From contig OZ316893.1 in the NCBI GenBank assembly GCA_973895155.1, positions 19,410,857 through 19,474,856 of the forward strand: a stretch of DNA of 64,000 nt, given 5' to 3'. The DNA comes from Marsupella aquatica. Taxonomy: Eukaryota; Plantae; Marchantiophyta. The notes below the pieces were generated by a model. It was given only the letters and a program-made list of their open reading frames with translations, made no database searches and was not told where the DNA came from. Positions 52,301-63,082 of this stretch are shown here, one piece after another; within the stretch, counting starts at the first letter, position 1; the number at the start of each line of letters is the position of its first letter. A program made the position numbers and the translations under genes.

Positions 52301-53358
52301 TCCTCTTCGAGCTTTCTCTCCTCTTCAGCATCCGCTTTCTTTGCAGCCTCCCATCCCAGTGCATCTCTCCTCTCTTCTGCAGCCTCCAACTCATCTGAAC
52401 CCCGTCCCTCCCCGTCCACATCCATTTCCTTTGCAGCTATTCGCTCCTCTCCGGCCCTCTCGTCATCCTCCCCTGCATCCTTCCTCTCCTCGTTGGTCTC
52501 CTCATTGGCCACTTCGTTCTTTGAACCCTTCCTCTTCTCTGCAACCGTCTGCTCCCGTGAATTATTCCTCGTGCGATCTGAAGCCTCCACTACCCCTACG
52601 ACTTCCCTATCCTTTTCAGCGTCCATTTCCGCTGCAACCTTTCTCTCCTGTACGGCCCACTCTTCGTCACTATCTGCGGGCTTCCTCTCCACACTGGCCA
52701 ACATTTCCTGTGTGCCCTTCAGCTCCTCCCCTTCTTCATTGCCCTTCTTCTCTTCATCACCTTGCCCAGCTTCAAGCTCGTCATTCATGACCTCTAGCTC
52801 GGCGTTCCACCTACTCCTTTCTTCCCAGTTTTCCCAACGCTTGATAGCTCGAATTCGATCCCCAATCTGTCTCAACTGGACCTCATCGACAACTCCTTCG
52901 ACATTGTCCTCCTCATTATCCTCAGAGAACTCCAAATTTACGTTCACGGTATCCTGGTCGCCAGGTCTCTTTACCACAGGTAGGTGACGTGCAGTAGACA
53001 CCTCATTTTCCGTGAGTCCATGAGAGTAGTCATTCTCCATCCGATCATTGGTACGATCATTGGCATTATTAATCCTGTCGCCGTGGGATATCCTGGCGTG
53101 GACGGACGTTATCTCCACATCATCATCTGGAGAACTTTCAGAGAATTTGTACAATTGAAGCTCTTCTGGCCTCCCAACCTCTGTAGTGCTGGGTGTCGAT
53201 TGGAAGGGGAATGTAACGTCGTAGAACAGCACAAACCGCAAGACGAAGGGAATCATGAGAATTAAAATCCATGGCCACAAGTATCCCCTGTGAAAGTATC
53301 GCCTTCTCGACTCAGACCGGGCCCTGGGCTTAAGAGGCGAATCGTCGGACGATGACAT
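49375..53358 (-). CDS. TBL: Trichome birefringence-like (TBL/PC-esterase) polysaccharide O-acetyltransferase, type II membrane, 3 coding exons
   Basis: Exon 1 (~53358-51885): N-terminal TM helix plus a long Glu-rich region. Exon 2 (~50684-50407): [35 protein letters not shown] (GDS motif). Exon 3 (~50154-49375): [28 protein letters not shown] (DxxH motif). Confidence 0.93.
50865..50922 (-). other. Possible tRNA-derived (Pol III B-box) SINE/tRNA remnant inside TBL intron 1
   Basis: The minus strand has gggttcgatcccc (B-box-like) ~35 nt downstream of a weak A-box-like tggttccaggcaatgg. No full cloverleaf was seen. Confidence 0.25.
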
Positions 53359-54556
53359 CTTTTCTTTCCAGCGACGAAATTCTTCTTCGAGCTGCTAAAT
53401 TTCTGGAGCTTCGCCTCCTCTCTCAAGTTTGAATGCCAGTGTGTTTTCTCAAATATCTAACCCGACAGCTGCTGGCCGACCCATCAGTGAACCATCAAGA
53501 CTCCTGGTGCCAATATGAAACCTGCGGTGGCGACAATGAATGAGACAATTGCCGATAACGAAAGAGGGGATGGGAACCATCCAATGATCCAAATCTGACA
53601 CTGGCAAAACTCGCAGGGCACATGGACCTCACACCTTCAACCTCACATGCCATTGAACATAACTCGATCGCGGAGTCATGACGCTGCGTGCCGATGCTTC
53701 CATTTGCACTCGTAAAGGTGAATGTTCTAGACAGAAAGAATGCCAAAGCGCAGGAATGGTACCTTCATGCCGCAAAGATAACATTTTGTGATGGGACAAT
53801 CACGGAGCAACTTTACCTGAGAGCGGAATCATTCGGCAGCCTCCAGGTTCGGATTCTTGATCAAATCGATCATTTGGTTTACATTACAAATACGAGAACG
53901 GTACAGCTTTACCGAACTGTCCATGAGAGCGGGAAATGACCCATCACAGGCATATATTTTCGAGTACTTCACCTACCATCTAGTCACCAAAACGGATAGG
54001 CCCCGTGGAAAGTGTCTAAGACGTGAACCGAATCCCTTCCAACAATTCTAGCACGCGAATCCATCCCCACAAACGCCCTCCACTCTTCTGTCGCTTCATC
54101 ATCGGCAGCAGCAGAGATGTCCAGCGCTCGTCGTCAACGCTTGATGACGCAGTCGTTCCTCCTTCCTCCGCATCATCAACCCAGAACCGCAATGTGTGTC
54201 ATTTCTCCAACCATATGGACTCTAGCGTCCCACTCCCACGACTGGTCGGCAGTAAGGTGTACATCAGATGAAAGTTTCCTACTGTTCGTTCGTTTGTACT
54301 TGGTGGTACCAGACGGAAATTTTCCACTCCAATTGTCTCTGTCGAATTGGGAGTGGCTGTTCGGGAATAAGTAGGTGGAGCTGTACGAAACGCAAGCTCG
54401 GAGGCAAAACAGTCAGGCAGGCAGGAAATTAGTGTCGGACGAGGAGCTCGTGCTACCCTTCGAGAGTTCGAGTAGCGGTCTGGAGTCTGGACCAATTCCG
54501 CAACACTTTTGGAGGACGTCGGTTTGGGGGCTTTACCGGACAGCCCGTATGGGCCC

Positions 54557-54678
54557 GCGGGTCCATAATTGAGACCCCCTACGATCGAAGCTCGTCAGGG
54601 TCCATAATTGAAACCCCCTAACATCGAAGCTCTTCAGATGCGCGGGTCCATAATTGAGACCCCCTAAGGTCGAAGCTC
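54557..54678. repeat. Three-copy tandem repeat (~39-46-bp period) with an internal hairpin
   Basis: gggtccataattga(g/a)accccta....tcgaagctc x3. GGGTC and GACCC form the stem. Confidence 0.9.
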
Positions 54679-55238
54679 ATCCCCGCCATCTGCGCAGAAA
54701 CACCTCTGCACTTGTTTCCAAAAAGGATTCAGCACCTAATAATTGAGTTGGTATGCAACAATGCATCCTCCGGACGAGTCGAGATAATCTCACACCTGCA
54801 CTTTGTCAGAGACTATCGATACGCGGAGCTCCAGCACAGGCACCATTACCATCGATCGCTGCAAAATAATGACTGCAGCGGGAGGGAGGTACCATTATGT
54901 GCGGAGCGGCCACTGGTTCCTCTACTCTCCTAGTCTAGCCAACCTGAAGGCCATAATTGAGGTCAGAGGGACGACAGATTCTGCGACTCCCAGGTCGAGG
55001 TGGCCGAAATCTCTCCAATAGTCATTGCTCTACAATTATTGAACACGAAGATTGTACCTCGGGTGAATGTCTCTATAGATTCGGTTTGGTTTCACTATCT
55101 TTGGCTCGTTTTTGGTGTGGTTAGCCCAGTATATTTTCTCCCCCCGAAATCTCACATCAAAATGGTAATGTATAGTGAAAGCAAATAGTAATGTATGGTG
55201 TGCGCTCATTAATTTATGGTACGAGCCTTATGGTACGA

Positions 55239-55560
55239 GCCCTATGTGAGTGCAGTGTGCAAGGAGAGCAAGCCCATAGCTAGTCGAGCCCGGGCATTTA
55301 TGGGGCAACAGGTATCACATATGTGTTAAGGGTGCACATTTTTTCCATCAATGGTCGGAGAAAATAATTATTTAAATCTAACTACTATGGATCTTTCCTA
55401 GCCCTATGTGAATGCACTGTGCAAGGAGAGCAAGCCCATAGCTAGTCGAGCCAGGGCATTTATGGGGCAACAGGAATCACATATGTGTTAGTGGTGCACA
55501 TTTCTTTCATCAATGGTCGGAGAAAATAGTTATTTGAATCCAACTACTATGGATCTTTCC
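55239..55560. repeat. 162-bp tandem duplication adjacent to the Gypsy LTR
   Basis: gccctatgtga.tgca.tgtgcaaggagagcaagcccatagctagtcgagcc...aactactatggatctttcc at 55239-55398 and 55401-55560. Confidence 0.95.
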
Positions 55561-55576
55561 CACCCATAAGTTTTTT

Positions 55577-55956
55577 TGTATTAGGATGAAGGACAAGAAA
55601 ATGTGTGATCCCTATTGTAGTTGTAGATGGAGAAATATAGTATACCCGATATGTTATATTTCGATGTGCAATTATCTGGATCCGTACCTTTTGGGGGAGT
55701 GCAACCAGAACCTAAACTATCCAATAGAGGATAGAGGACCAATTCCTGAGCATGCACCTCTACCGGGTATCTCACATGAATGTCATACCTACAGATCCAA
55801 CAGGGACCAAACTAGGAAATGTCGTGAGCATAAACATCGCTGCACAACATACATCGTTTGTCACATGTATCTAGAAACCTAATCACAATCAACATCACAA
55901 ACATAAGAGAATGGAGTACAAGTGGAACTCCTCTCCACACATGTCCAAAATCAACA
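55577..55956 (-). repeat. Putative 3' LTR of the Gypsy element (~380 bp)
   Basis: Minus strand: PPT-like ctagggggg-caat, then TGTTGA at 55956, and a candidate end ...AATACA at 55577. The 5' LTR is outside the window, so the distal boundary is unconfirmed. Confidence 0.55.
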
Positions 55957-56174
55957 ATTGCCCCCCTAGCTGGGAGTGAGATCCCCTAACTCTAGCTAGC
56001 CATAAGTTCTACAAGGTTGGTATACACCTTTCTAAATGTGAAGATCAGTAGATCGGGTGCAATGGTGCCCCATCGATCACCTTCCTACAATCTATATTTT
56101 CCATGAGAACACAAATGGCAACTAGTCGGCTTCACCAACATTGAGGACACAACCATGATCCACTAGGAATCACC

Positions 56175-56280
56175 TCTAATGGTCAGTGGTGTCAAATACA
56201 ACATGTGCCATCCTCTAGAACACTTATCACAAATCAACATAGTAGTTGCTCCTTGAGCAGATCCACACAACATGCACTTC
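56175..56280 (-). pseudogene. PHD finger at the C-terminus of the retrotransposon integrase
   Basis: CMLCGSAQGATTMLICDKCSRGWHMLYLTP matches the PHD pattern C-x2-C...(M/L)LxCDxCxxxWHxxCLxP. The Cys after His is mutated to Tyr and the last CxxC is frameshifted or lost. Confidence 0.85.
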
Positions 56281-56747
56281 AAACCGGCATGAACATGAGC
56301 TAAACTTGAATCTACAATACCATCAATGTTTGAAAGGTGACATGGTGCACAATTGTGCACATGATCTTTCCAAACCATACCATCACGTCCTTCCAACATT
56401 AAGACGCTAGAAGGCAATATTTCACGCAACCACACGTAAGATTGTCCAACCTGCAGTCACATCAAGTATCGTTGCTATTGTCTGCTACAAATAAACATAA
56501 TCACCAGGATGAAACCGTTGAATCCTAGCCTCATACAATAACCTCCTCCATGAATAGCACTTGGCATACCTCAAAGTATCACGATGTTGGGCAATGGCAA
56601 GGTTGTCAAAGGCCATGGGCATGACTCTCCCAAAAACTTGTGCCCTCTCTGAACACACCTTGACCCAAACATCAGGATCATTCAAATCCATAATAGTTGC
56701 CATATCATAATGAATAGCCGCTGGCAAATCTGGCTCTCTACCATAGA

Positions 56748-57030
56748 GCCCCTGGGCCCTCACTCTTTGTATATTATACAATCATACCTGTGAGCCTCCC
56801 CTACATAGGTACCCCTTCTTATTAATTTTTCTCCTATAGAGTTTATCCTTGTTTTTTTATAAAAACCAAAAATTTCCTCTTATTAAAGTATCTTCACTGT
56901 ATTACAAAAGGGAGTTTTGGGCAATAATAATTATCCTTCATATATTACAATTTCACTCCACACACCCGGTCCATCCCCCATCGCCCAATCACCCCCAATC
57001 CTCCCTTCAAAACTTTTCTGGCTTAGCATA
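56748..57030. other. ~280-bp AT-rich insertion interrupting integrase
   Basis: Integrase-like coding (GYRFS...QL / LYGREP) is broken by non-coding AT-rich sequence. No clear TSD. Confidence 0.55.
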
Positions 57031-59524
57031 GCTGCCAGTATGAAGGAGATATGGATACTTGCCAACTGAAACGGTAGCCCATAGCTAACCGAGGTAGCTG
57101 GAGATCCCATCTCCCATCTCCCAAATGACCAACTTGCAAGCCATACTTATGCAATCCTCTCTTCGCGGTTTGTACAACTTTCTCTGCCAATCCATCTGCC
57201 TCAAGATGATCACGAGAAGTAGTACAATGATCAGTAAGAGCTCACACAAATCCTCAAACTCTTCACGGAGTTCCATGCCCTGATCTGAGCCCTGATGAGT
57301 TACCACCTAAGCTGGTGCTCCAAAATGACTAAGTACTCGATCCAAAAATGTGATAGCCACTCAGGCTCCACTAGTTTTATCTGGCAATAGCCACTAATTC
57401 AATCCACTTGAAGAAGTGCTCCACCATAACCAAAATATATCAATTATGACGTTGGATAAGAGGCAATGGACCAACAAAGTCCAAACTTCATTTATACCCC
57501 AAACCCATGATTGGTAACGGATGCAATTGGGAAGTGGGAGCATTAAATGATGCTCTCACTTGATCACATACCACACACTTAGCTATCAATTGTTGGACAT
57601 CAGTGCGCATACCACATCACCAATACTGTGTCTACAACAAGCCATAAATGCGCTTCACACCAAAGTAACCCAACTCCTCATGCGCATGTCGCACATAACG
57701 TACTCGTTGTGACGGTTTTGGTACAACTAACACCTTGCCATCATGTAGTATCCTCAAAAGATGGTTTACTTCCCATTGAAACCTCTTGGCTCGTTGTAGA
57801 ACCCTATCTCGCTCCTTAGCATCACAATTGCCAACAATGGAGTCACCACGCAAATATTCCAACACTCTCTCATCATTGTGAATATCTTGTTGTCCAAAAA
57901 CTACCTCATCAACACCCATATCTGAAGACTCCACGTCTACCCCATCCAATGAAGTAGAGTCCACAAATCCACTACATGTTGGAACCCAACAAAGAAAGGC
58001 AGATGCAGGCCATCTAAGTGACACACTCTCCTTATCTAACTCATCATGCCATCAAGCTCCAATCTCATCTTCTTGACTGGTACATGGATTACGCCTCAAT
58101 CCATCCGCATCCAAGTTCACTCTACCAAGCCTATGTACGGCTTGGAAATCATACTCTTATAACAACAATGCCCATCATGCAAGCTTCCCTATATTAAGCT
58201 TGTTAGACACCATTAACCCACTTTGAAGGGCTGGTGATCAATGATTAAGGTGAACGGATTACCAAATAAATAGCAACAAAAATGTGCCATAACCCACACT
58301 ACTGCCGAACACTCTCCTTCATACGAGCTATACTTAGCCTCTACTAAATTGTTTGATCTATTGGCATACGCCACAACAAACTCATTCTCCTCATCATCCT
58401 TCTGAGTCAACACCGGTCCAAGTCCTACTCCACTCCAATCAGTGTGTAGCTGAAATGGTTGTCCCAAAATGGGTCTTCTCAAAATAGGTGTTGACACCAA
58501 TCTTTCCTTCAACTCTTAGGAAGCATGCTCTTGGTCATCACCCCAAATCCACTCCTAGTCCAACTTAGTAAGTATGGTTAAAGGCTTAGCAAGCTGGTTA
58601 AATCCTTTAACATACCGTCTATAATAGCTCGCCAATCCCAAGAATGCATGAACTCTACTCACATAAGTAGGACGAGGAATCTGTGTAATGGCCTCCACCT
58701 TAGTCTCTTGCACACCCAATCCTCCTGGGTAGACAGTGTGGCTCAAATACTTAATTTTGTCTTGGAAGAACTTACACTTGCCAGGATGAAGTTTCAACCC
58801 ATGTTCTCTCAATCTCTCCACCACAATCTGCAAGTGCCTCTGATGTTCTTTCACTGTAGAAGAATAGACTAAAATATCATCAATGTAACATCTCACAAAA
58901 TCCAAACCTGCAAGAATTCAATCCATGACTCTTTGGAATTCAGTTGGTGCATTCTTCAACCCAAATGGTAAAAACAACCACTGACACAAATGATCTTTGC
59001 CATAAGAATCAATTCCCCAAAATGTTGTCTTGGATCTATCAGAATGCCTAATTGGCAACTAATGGTACCCCACCTTGAGGTCCAACAAACTAAATATCTT
59101 TGTATGCCCCACAACATCAAAGATCTCCTCCAGTGTGGGCATGGCATATCGATCAGATTTTGTTTGACAATTAATAGGTCGATAATCACCACACATTTGC
59201 CTATCTGTGTAATTGCCATGCACTCACAATCATCCTTCTTGGTTGGCATCATTGTGGCAGTCTATGCATACTCCCCGTATGAGATCTCCACCAAACTAGC
59301 CTCCAACAAATCCTGAGCTCTACTCTAGATCAAAACCCTCTCCATATCATTATATCGATATGGTCGTCGAAAGATTGGCATATCACTAGCCAATTCGATC
59401 TGAATACCAGGGCCCTTCACTGTCCCTAAACCTTTCATACTAAATGCAAAACAATTCCATCTTCAAGAATTGATGCATGCAACATCTCTCTCCCCCCGGT
59501 CACTTAGGACAAATCTATGGTTCC

Positions 59525-59722
59525 CAACTCTCCATCAAAGCTGTGACATCTTCCTTTGGAGTTGAAGAGGCCACAAGCCGTGGGCCGTGACTCTCCATCC
59601 TGCTCTCCATCAAAGTTGTGACATCTTCCTTTGGAGTTGAAGAGGCCACAAGCCATGGGCTGTGACTCTCCATCAAAGCTATGATGTCTCCCTTTGGAGC
59701 TGAAGAGGCCACAAGCCGTGGG
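59525..59722 (-). repeat. Three ~57-69-bp coding tandem repeats (LVASSTPKEDVTALMES) between MTase and RT
   Basis: ORF 59515..59712 translation, with ctttggag.tgaagaggccacaagcc x3. Confidence 0.85.
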
Positions 59723-59724
59723 TT

Positions 59725-61060
59725 GTGGATGGAAGAGATAGTTGCTCGTTGCTATTTATCAATGGTTTGAGCAACTTTCTTCTACTCAACAATCTGTTTT
59801 GCCTTGGCCAATCCTGCCATAGGTCCATCAATTCTTTGCTTGCCCCCAAATGTGGCCGCTACTGTCTCAATAGGCCGCAAACTCACCAATGGATGATCTG
59901 TAACATTAGAAGTGTGCATTCGCAATTGTTAGCTAATCCCAAGCTGGCATCCAAGTCAAGCAATTCAAATCCATGACACTTGGGGCAACACAAAATCTGT
60001 TGAAGAATGGAAGGCGGCCTGGACTGGACTGTGGAGATCTGACCTATCCTCATGGGCTAAAACTTTTGTTTGGAGAGGACTTCTTGGCCTCAAGATTATT
60101 TACGGGAATCCAAGCGGTTTGCATAGGTAAAGGAGATGGATTTTGCAAGCTAAGTTGCGGTGTCACTGAAACCATCCCCCATGTCTTTGCACAGTGTGAA
60201 CATGCGCACAAATGTTGGGCATTAGGTGCTAGGTGCTTCCAAGGCACCTTTCCTGATTACTCGAGTAGGATACTATCCATGCTTGATCTGACAATTGGTA
60301 GAGAACACAACACAGTTGCTAATCTTTTCATCTTTTACCAGATGCTCTGGTCATTATGGTTAGGACGGAATGTGCATGAGTTTCAGGCGAATGGCTACAG
60401 GAAATTTGATCTTCGATTCATACTATTGGAAGCAGCTGACCATGTTACTACAGTGGGTGTGAGCTAGCTTGCCCTTGGGCAGGCGTTGCACCAAAATGAT
60501 GCGTGTCAAAGAACTTATTAATCAAGAGCAAGTTGTGTGGCTGAGTAGCCGTCAAGTGCGGATCACGTCTGGCTGAGGTCATTTTTGGATCTCAGGGATG
60601 CCGTCTATTGTTGCCTTGGCTCCTGGCTGATGGCTCAAACATTTGTGATTATTATATAGCTAATTAGTTTGCCTTGCTCAGTATTGGCCCTTGGTTTTTG
60701 GCTGTTGGCTCAGGCATATGAGAGCTTTGTTAGTTGGTTAGTTTGCCTTGCTAGGTATTGGCATCTGAATTTTGATCAAGCATGGTATGCTTGGCTTGTT
60801 GCTGGCACTTGTCGCTGATTTTTGGCAAACACAGTTTGCTTCACTAGCTGTCCTTTATGTTGGGCACAATTGCTTCTAGTTCTTTTGGTGTTGTGAGCGT
60901 TGTCCCTATTGCTAGCACTTGTCGCTGATTTTTGGCAAACATAGTTTGCTTCACTGGCTGTCCTTTATGTTGGGCACAATTACTTCTGGTTCTTTCGGTG
61001 TTGTGGGCGTTGTCCCCTGCCACGGGGTCTTTTGTGGCTATATTAATAAACAAAAAACAA
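59725..61060 (+). mobile_element. 5'-truncated L1-type LINE fragment nested antisense in the Gypsy element
   Basis: ORF 59973..60467 has the zf-RVT-like CKLSCGVTETIPHVFAQC and LWSLWLGRN. The 3' UTR carries a ~110-bp tandem duplication (60805-61017) and ends in aataaa plus an A-rich tail (61044-61060). Confidence 0.75.
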
Positions 61061-61069
61061 ATTTCAAGG

Positions 61070-62090
61070 AAATCCATGGCTTGACCAAGGACCTGACAAC
61101 GTGAATGCTCTGACACCAAGCCCACTGCTATGATGTTGGTCAAAAATCCCATAGCTTGCTCTCTCTCATTAGCGGTAGGCTCTACTAGTCGTTGTAGAGT
61201 TGTATCCCACACAAGTCCAAGGCCACCTACTTGAAATGCGTATGAAGCAAAATGGCTCACAAAAATGGGTAATGCACAACACAGACGCCCAACTACATTC
61301 ACCACTGCCAATGGAGGTCAATTAGATTGGGTAACACTTTGTGCACAACGCCCTGGATCCAAAATACCATCCACCACTAAGGTTGTTGAGCAAGGTTTAC
61401 CATCAAATGCTCGCTTTAAGACCTCACCTAGTAACAAATTAGTCCACCACAATGGTGAACGATGTGCACAAGAACCCACACGTGCAACTAGCATCCAATA
61501 ACACAGTAGGTCTAATCCAAGATTAAACCTGATGAACACTAGTAACAATTCGATGACGATCATCAACCAATAATAGCACATTCTCCAAAATGTAAGCAGG
61601 AGAATGTGTCTGATGCATTTGGAGATGACACAACACACGTAACATCTCCCAAAATAATGCAAATCTTGGATCATGAAATCCATGTTCAATTCCAACCCAA
61701 GATTGACCCTGACATGGCCAACCCACAATCACCAAATCAATGGGGCCAACACGATCCAAATGATCCGCCCCCAATAAGGAAATATTAGCAGGCAATGCAT
61801 GCTGATAACCACAAACGGCATCCACCAACAACAACTGTGGATAATGTTCCACCAACATTGCTACATGACATTGTGTAGCAATATTGGTGTTATCATGTTC
61901 GGTGTTATCAGTCGTGTAATTGTTCTCATGTTCGGTGCTATCATTTGTGTAATTGTAGCATGTAGTTATCTCATTATTTTCCAGTACAAGTAACGATGCA
62001 TGGGAATTCCTACCTAAAGCATAACAACCAATCCACTGCTAATCCCACCAAATAGATCCAACAAACAAATACCCTCCTCTGGATACTGTC
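61070..62090 (-). pseudogene. C5 cytosine DNA methyltransferase domain (DNMT3/DRM-like motif style) within the retrotransposon polyprotein
   Basis: Motif I LLDLFGGISSG (62032-62064); motif IV DLVIVGWPCQG (catalytic Cys 61712-61714); DPRFALFWE; motif VI YILENV (ENV 61577-61585); motif VIII AHRSPLWWTN; motif IX/X EREQAMGF...RCQVLGQAM. The motifs are in canonical order and interrupted by stops and frameshifts. Confidence 0.9.
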
Positions 62091-62791
62091 ACACAATAGG
62101 GGTGGTATCCAATGGTGAATGAAAGGGTCACCAGTCCATTTACAAAAGACTGCTTTGCTCCTGACTCCAATGGGAAAGCATGACGTCATGCATCATGTAT
62201 CAATTGGGCCACATTTTGTTGCAAGGCCTCTCTAGTACACCATACTGGTGCCACAATAGTCTCAATAGGTAATGCACACATCATGTGCTCCTCATGTGGC
62301 TCCTCGACTACCAAAACATCTGCTCCATGTGCGTTACTTTCAATCAAATCATTAGATCTAGTAATCAAATTACTAAATACTACCAAAGAAGTACAATGGT
62401 GCAAATTTAGGACCTCCCATAGGTCCACTAAATTGCACTGGCAATCGGCTCAATTGAGCATCTCTAGATTACCAATTGGGTTGATACGACACCAACTCAT
62501 CCCAAAAATCAAGAACAAATCCCATAGGATAAAGTACTATACATCCCACTAACATATCATATGACTCAGCCTTAGTCAAAATAGCTTGGGCCTGGATCCA
62601 TGAGTTATCCTATGGATGATCCTCTTGAATGCTAAGTTCAAGTGCTTGTTTGGTGATATGTTGTTTGGATGTAGATCCTAGCCTCCCAATGAAGTCTGAA
62701 TGGGAAAGGGGCACTCCTCCAAATCATCTGAACGCAATCCCAATCCTTGTATCGCAGACTTACCCAACATCAAGGGTTGAGCGCTAGTATC

Positions 62792-63082
62792 CTCGAGGGG
62801 TTAACTTAGTGTATATTTTGGGGTCCCACGTGTGATCCTAGCCTAATATAAGCACACCTATTTTATAACAGAAATATTCCAAAAACATTATATATTTTTT
62901 AATATTAATGACCTATTTAATTTATAAAAGGTATATATTAGAAAATATTCTACAAATATGGGTTTATAATACCTTCTTTTGCTTCCTACGCTTTTTAAAA
63001 TTTTAGCTAATTTCTATAAAAAAATACCTAAATATTTTGGATTGCACGTGGTTTCTAAGATTTTTTACAGTCAACCCCCGAG
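62792..63082. mobile_element. ~290-bp MITE (Mutator- or hAT-like) inserted in the protease DTG motif
   Basis: TIRs ctcgaggggttaact / agtcaacccccgag. The flanking duplication gctagtatcc (62783-62792) / gccagtatcc (63082-63091) gives an 8-10-bp TSD with 1 mismatch. AT-rich interior. Confidence 0.8.

Noticed and set aside
51894-53265. Long plus-strand ORFs (298 aa, 250 aa)
   Set aside because: Antisense shadows of the Glu-rich TBL exon.
54557-54678. CRISPR-like array of palindromic repeats
   Set aside because: Only three units with 4-11-nt gaps rather than unique ~30-nt spacers, no cas genes, and a eukaryotic context.
61070-62090. Host DRM/DNMT3 gene or bacterial restriction-modification methylase
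   Set aside because: No introns or UBA domains, motifs not circularly permuted as in DRM, no partner nuclease, and it is collinear with PR and RT and decayed like the rest of the element.
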